64,000 nucleotides of DNA from Glycera tridactyla (Eukaryota), in contig OZ286476.1 of NCBI GenBank assembly GCA_965644265.1, forward strand, positions 7,688,001 through 7,752,000. Direction: 5' to 3'. Shown here in pieces: positions 59,750-64,000 of this stretch (the stretch's first letter is position 1; each line of letters opens with the position of its first letter). The notes under the pieces are model-generated. The model was not told the DNA's origin. It made no database searches and was given only the letters and a program-made list of their open reading frames with translations. Made by a program: the position numbers and the translations under genes.

Positions 59750-60468
59750 TTTGCTGGATTCCAAACCAATTTTGAATTCCTGGAAATGAGGCAGCTGATG
59801 AAGCTGCCAAAAGGGCTCTAGGTTTGTCAGTCACTGAGATGGAAATCCACAATTCAGACTTCGAACCAAGAATAAAGCTCTATATTGACCAACTGTGGCA
59901 GAATGGATGGGCAACATGAAAGCGAAATAAATTGTAGTGCATCAGACGAAAACTAGAAGACAAATTCCCTTTAAGAACACTGAATAAATGAGAGGAGATA
60001 GTACTTTTGCTTCTAAGGATAGGATTTACATATCTCACTCATTCACACATTCTCAAAAAATGAGGCAATCCTAATTGCTTCGCATGTGGGAGACATCTTA
60101 CAGTCAGAAATGTATTGATCAACTGTAGAAAACTATCACAAACTAGAGTAAAAGCATTACAATGTAGAAAATATGACACAACTTTTCATGAAAGTTGATC
60201 AACAGACATACTTGCATTATTTGCATGAATTGGGAGTATTTGGACAAATATGAATCGTATGCATGCTAACCCAGTGCATACCGACTGGGGTATCAAAGGC
60301 TGATGGTGTGTATGGGAGTCCCTGGGAGTTCTTGTATGCACATAAAAAGTAAGGACGGCCTCTGGCAGTGGTGCCTCTTCGTTCAGCATTTTCACTTTCT
60401 CAGCCCGATATAACCAAAAGTGGTTTAAAGAACGTTGAACTCAACTCAAATGAACATACAAACAACAA
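59750..60468 (+). mobile_element. 5'-truncated I/Nimb-like LINE (copy 3): RNase H end, zinc-knuckle region, 3' UTR
   Basis: Manual translation CWIP..*IPGNEAADEAAKRAL; YIDQLWQNGW..NKL; EEIVLLLLRIGFTYLTHSHIL; CFACGRHLTVRNVLINC; YNVENMTQLF; same 3' UTR and (AAAC)n tail. Confidence 0.85.
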
Positions 60469-61448
60469 ACCGATCCTGGATGCTCCTGATCCTGATTCAC
60501 TTGGTCTGCATCTTTTTGATTGGCCGGACTTCACTCTATCATGGTACATATCCCAGATCCTGTACGAGTTTGCTGCTACAATGCTCATATCCACTGTGCC
60601 TTCAGTATATCCGATCAATTTACCAGCGAATTCCAGCATCTCCAAAACATCACCACCAGTAATGGTAAACCCATACATAGTATTGTTGTGCTGTAGTTAG
60701 TGTACATGCAAGATATAGTGCTGGTTACTTGTGAGTTGGAGTTGGTAGGCCATGTAGGTACTGCGCATGATATGATACCTGCTGTGAGCGTGTGTACTGT
60801 TCCGTGTCCTGAGTCCAACTGGACACATGTGCTCACGACTTCTGGCATTGTGACATCACTGCGCATGCATTCCCGAGATGGGCGTATGTGGGGAAAACCC
60901 GATATGTGCACATACGTGCACACCACACTCCTCCCTGTCTCCTTTGAAGAGAGACCTCCCGTGGCGAGATGGACAGTTCTGCCTCAGCGTCAAGTCTAGC
61001 AATGCCAGACTGACCCATGACTTGGAACATGACTGGGTGCAGATGAAAGAAAAACACCCAGACCACACTGAAGAAGAATATAAAAACTGTTCATGGGTCA
61101 TGGTGCCCATGTAGAAAGTGAAATGATCCTTGTCAAAAGCCTTTGGGGTAAGCTCTAGCAGACCCAAAGTATGACACACAGAGTGTTGACAAAGTACAAC
61201 TCGCCCAAAGATCAACCAGATAAAGACATACATATGCATTTGAAAACAGAACTGATGACAACTGTGAACAAAGACCCACAAAATAAAATATACTGATGGC
61301 CAAACCGCAAAAGAATGGCTGGCATGCGAGACTGACACACCAGACACAACCAGTCATATCTACATATGTACAGTGAATATGCTGATGTCCTCAGCTAGCT
61401 AGTGGCCAATGCCAACCCACACATGCCAATGTTGAGGAATGCCAAACA

Positions 61449-62340
61449 ATTGACACAAGCAAAGGTACACAGCAGCCTAGACAGCCCACAGAGGGGATCA
61501 TCGAGAACAAATCAATTGGACTAATGATAATAATGATAATAATGATCATAATAATAATTTCAATAATGATAATAATATTAATAATGTACATTCATATAGC
61601 GCCCTTCCTCAAGGAGCTCAAAAGCACTTCACAATGTTATGTCAGTCTGGTTTGAAAGCAATTGTGAATGAGTGGGTCTTTAACCTTGCCTTGAAATTGT
61701 TGTAGGTGGGGCGAGTTAAATATGATGGGAGAGCGAATTGTACAGTGATGGGGCTGCATGTGCAGACGAGTGTGTAGACGAGTCTTCGGGACTTTCAGTA
61801 GGTGTTTCTCACAGGAGTGGAGAGAATGCAAGGGTGTGCAGGGTTTAAGCAGTTGTGATAGGTGCTGGGGAGCTAGCCATGAAGGTCTTTGTAGGTGAAA
61901 GATAGAATTTTGAAACTAACGCAATGTTGAATAGGCCGCCACTGTAGTGTCTTCAGGATGGGGGTGATATGTATTGACACAAGCAAAGGTACACAGCAGC
62001 CTAGACAGCCCACTGAGGGGATCATCGAGAACAAATCAATTGGACTAATGATAATAATGATAATAATGATCATAATAATAATTTCACTAATGATAATAAT
62101 ATTAATAATGTACATTCATATAGCGCCTTTTCCTCAAGGAGCTCAAAAGCGCTTCACAATGTTATGTGCCTGAAAGATTAAGAAACATATGAAGTCAGTC
62201 TGGTTTGAAAGCAATTGTGAATGAGTGGGTCTTCAACCTTGCCTTGAAATTGTTGTAGGTGGGTGCGAGTTAAATATGACGGGGGAGCGAATTGTACAGT
62301 GATGGGGGCTACATGTGCAGACGAGTGTGTAGACGAGTCT
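61449..62340. repeat. ~525-bp tandem duplication of the L2 3' end and its flank
   Basis: 61449-61780 matches 61973-62340, including the tail and the flanking GACACAAGCAAAGGTACACAGCAGCC; the copies carry different internal L2 pieces. Confidence 0.85.
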
Positions 62341-63750
62341 TCGGGACTTTCAGTAGATGTCTTCAGGATGGGGGTGATATGTTTCCTGGGGCTATTGGAT
62401 ACTATTCATCTAGCTGCACAGTTCATTACAAGGTGCAGTTTATTTATGTGTGTCTTGGGCAGGCCAAAGAGAGCACTATTCCAATAATCAAGTCTGGATG
62501 ATATGAGTGAGTGGACAAGGGTCTTTGAAGCCTCAGGTATTGGATATTTGCGGATGTGGCTGATTTTTCTCAGTTGGAAGAAGGCAGATTTGCAGATGGC
62601 AGTCACCTGGGGTGTGAGGGTGAGGTCACCATCGAAGATGACACCAAGGTTCCTTGCACAGGATGCAGAATTTATGTCTTCCCTGATCTTTATCTTGGGG
62701 TTTTGTAGCGGGTCCAGCTTGCTGTGGTTGGCAAACAGAGGGAACTCAGTTTTAGAGTCCTGGAGTTTGAGTTTGTTTGTTTGTGAGCATCCAAGATTTT
62801 ATTTCGGTGCTAGCAGCAGATTAAGAGGAAGGGTCATGTCCATCAAAAGTGAGATACAGTTGAGTTTCATCCGCATAGAGGTGGAATTTACTTTTGGGGC
62901 TGAGGGTCACCCAGCACCTTGTAGGAACATGCAACCAAAGTTGCTGCAAGGATTTGCTCCCTGGAGTTGAGGGACCATGCTGGCAATCTCCACCAGGCTT
63001 TCGGAAGAGCCCGCTAAGTGGGAGGCGTCTGTCTTAAGGACCAACCGTCCAACATCCATTCCTCTCAAGGACTTCTGTGATGCTGTATCCTTGAGAAGTA
63101 TCATATTCTGAGGATGCTTCTGGTATAGGCCTGAGCCCAGCTTTGGTACTTCTTTTGACTGCCCACAAAGCGATGTCAGTGGTTGGACAGAGTAATCAGG
63201 CTGGAGTACCCCGCACATGAACACACATCCCCTGTTCCATTATCTATAGTGTGTGTTACCACTGGAAGATAGTTAGTGACAGCAAGCTCTAACTATCTGG
63301 TGAAGAACTCCTCCTGCCTCTTATGGAGAGTTGGTGATCTGGTGCTGGAGACTGTGTAGTCAAGCCCACCCTCCCCCGCAGCCACCACACCTTCCCTGGA
63401 GACAAGAACAGGAGATCCATGTATTCCTCAAGCTTCTGAATGCTGAGGTTGCTGTCAGCCGTGACACAGGGATGTAGTCCTAAAGAAAAACTTGACTCTT
63501 GGATCTTGCAGAATGTTTCTATGCTGACAAGGGTTCAGCCAGTGCATGGGCCAGCAGGAGTTTGCACTTCCTAGGGCAAGCTGGTGCTGTGTTTGAGATG
63601 AAAAAGATATTTTTTTCAGTAAGGACCTCCCCCAAGGATGAGCACCCTAGCTTTTGGCACAACATGTCAAGATGGAAATGGCTGACCACCACTTCCAGGG
63701 CTCCTCTATCGAACACTGAAGGGACACTAAATTACCCTAAGGGTCTGTTC
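62043..63750 (-). mobile_element. Decayed L2-clade LINE (APE remnants, RT C-terminus, 3' end with (ATT)n-like tail)
   Basis: ARNLGVIFDGDL, ICKSAFFQLRKISHIRKY, LVHSLISSRLDY.N, HITPIL; 3' stem AGCGCTTTTGAG..AAGGCGCTATATGAAT; internal deletions. Confidence 0.8.
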
Positions 63751-64000
63751 GGACAGCATGACACTGTAGACGCTCCCTCTCTCCAGGTGGCAGACTCTCT
63801 AGTAGGTTTGCCAGTACTCTTCAATGCAGGAGGCTGGCCACTGAGTTGAGAGGGTCGATGGATTGCTCTCCCGGTACCGTCGATCCAGCTTGCTCTATGG
63901 AGGGTTTCATCAGTTCCACATTGGTTGGGCAGGGTGGGATATTCATTGATAGCTGCAGTTCAGGCCTCCCTGATACAAGCTCCAGAAGTTGAGAGGCACC

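Larger units (their letters stand above)
48690..60720 (-). mobile_element. gag-pol: Gypsy gag-pol, copy 2, heavily degraded and interrupted by LINE-B and two I/Nimb fragments
   Basis: TM-Gag start 60470-60720; Gag pieces 59263-59745, 51051-51320 and 50440-50846 (knuckle KCFNCGKY); RNase H 49799-50047; integrase 48690-49560 (NKYILMMV, DAISVAE, EQGISFTSSLM, GKVERQH, WDEALP..AISCTPH); RT core missing. Confidence 0.88.

Noticed and set aside
60878-61114. 78-aa plus-strand ORF (..HDLEHDWVQMKEKHPDH..)
   Set aside because: Short, with no recognisable motif and no homolog in the window

Overview
Eukaryotic (probably invertebrate) DNA made almost entirely of nested mobile elements; no ordinary host gene is recognisable. 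Left to right: (1) a frameshifted Polinton/Maverick-type protein-primed DNA polymerase B (200-5276, minus), with a degraded, probably spliced unknown gene and a ~254-bp satellite on its 5' side; (2) two divergent head-to-tail copies of an unusually large Gypsy-like element (minus; copy 1 ~44.2 kb down to at least ~17 kb, copy 2 ~60.7-45.1 kb), with Gag carrying a predicted N-terminal membrane helix, PR-RT-RH-IN, a chromodomain (seen in copy 1 only) and a 3' cassette of accessory ORFs that includes an F-protein-like env in copy 1; (3) two near-intact CR1/L2-group LINEs inserted in these Gypsy copies (26644-35690 plus; 51321-59262 minus), both with an unusual three-ORF layout: L1-like ORF1, a separate SGNH/GDSL esterase ORF, then APE-RT ORF2. 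The first also has a nine-copy conserved hairpin array between esterase and ORF2; (4) three 5'-truncated I/Nimb-like LINE ends and a decayed L2 with a duplicated 3' end. The best candidates for an undescribed system are the three-ORF esterase LINEs with their hairpin array and the giant env-bearing Gypsy with an accessory-gene cassette. All assignments rest on motif recognition and alignment by eye; no database search was possible.
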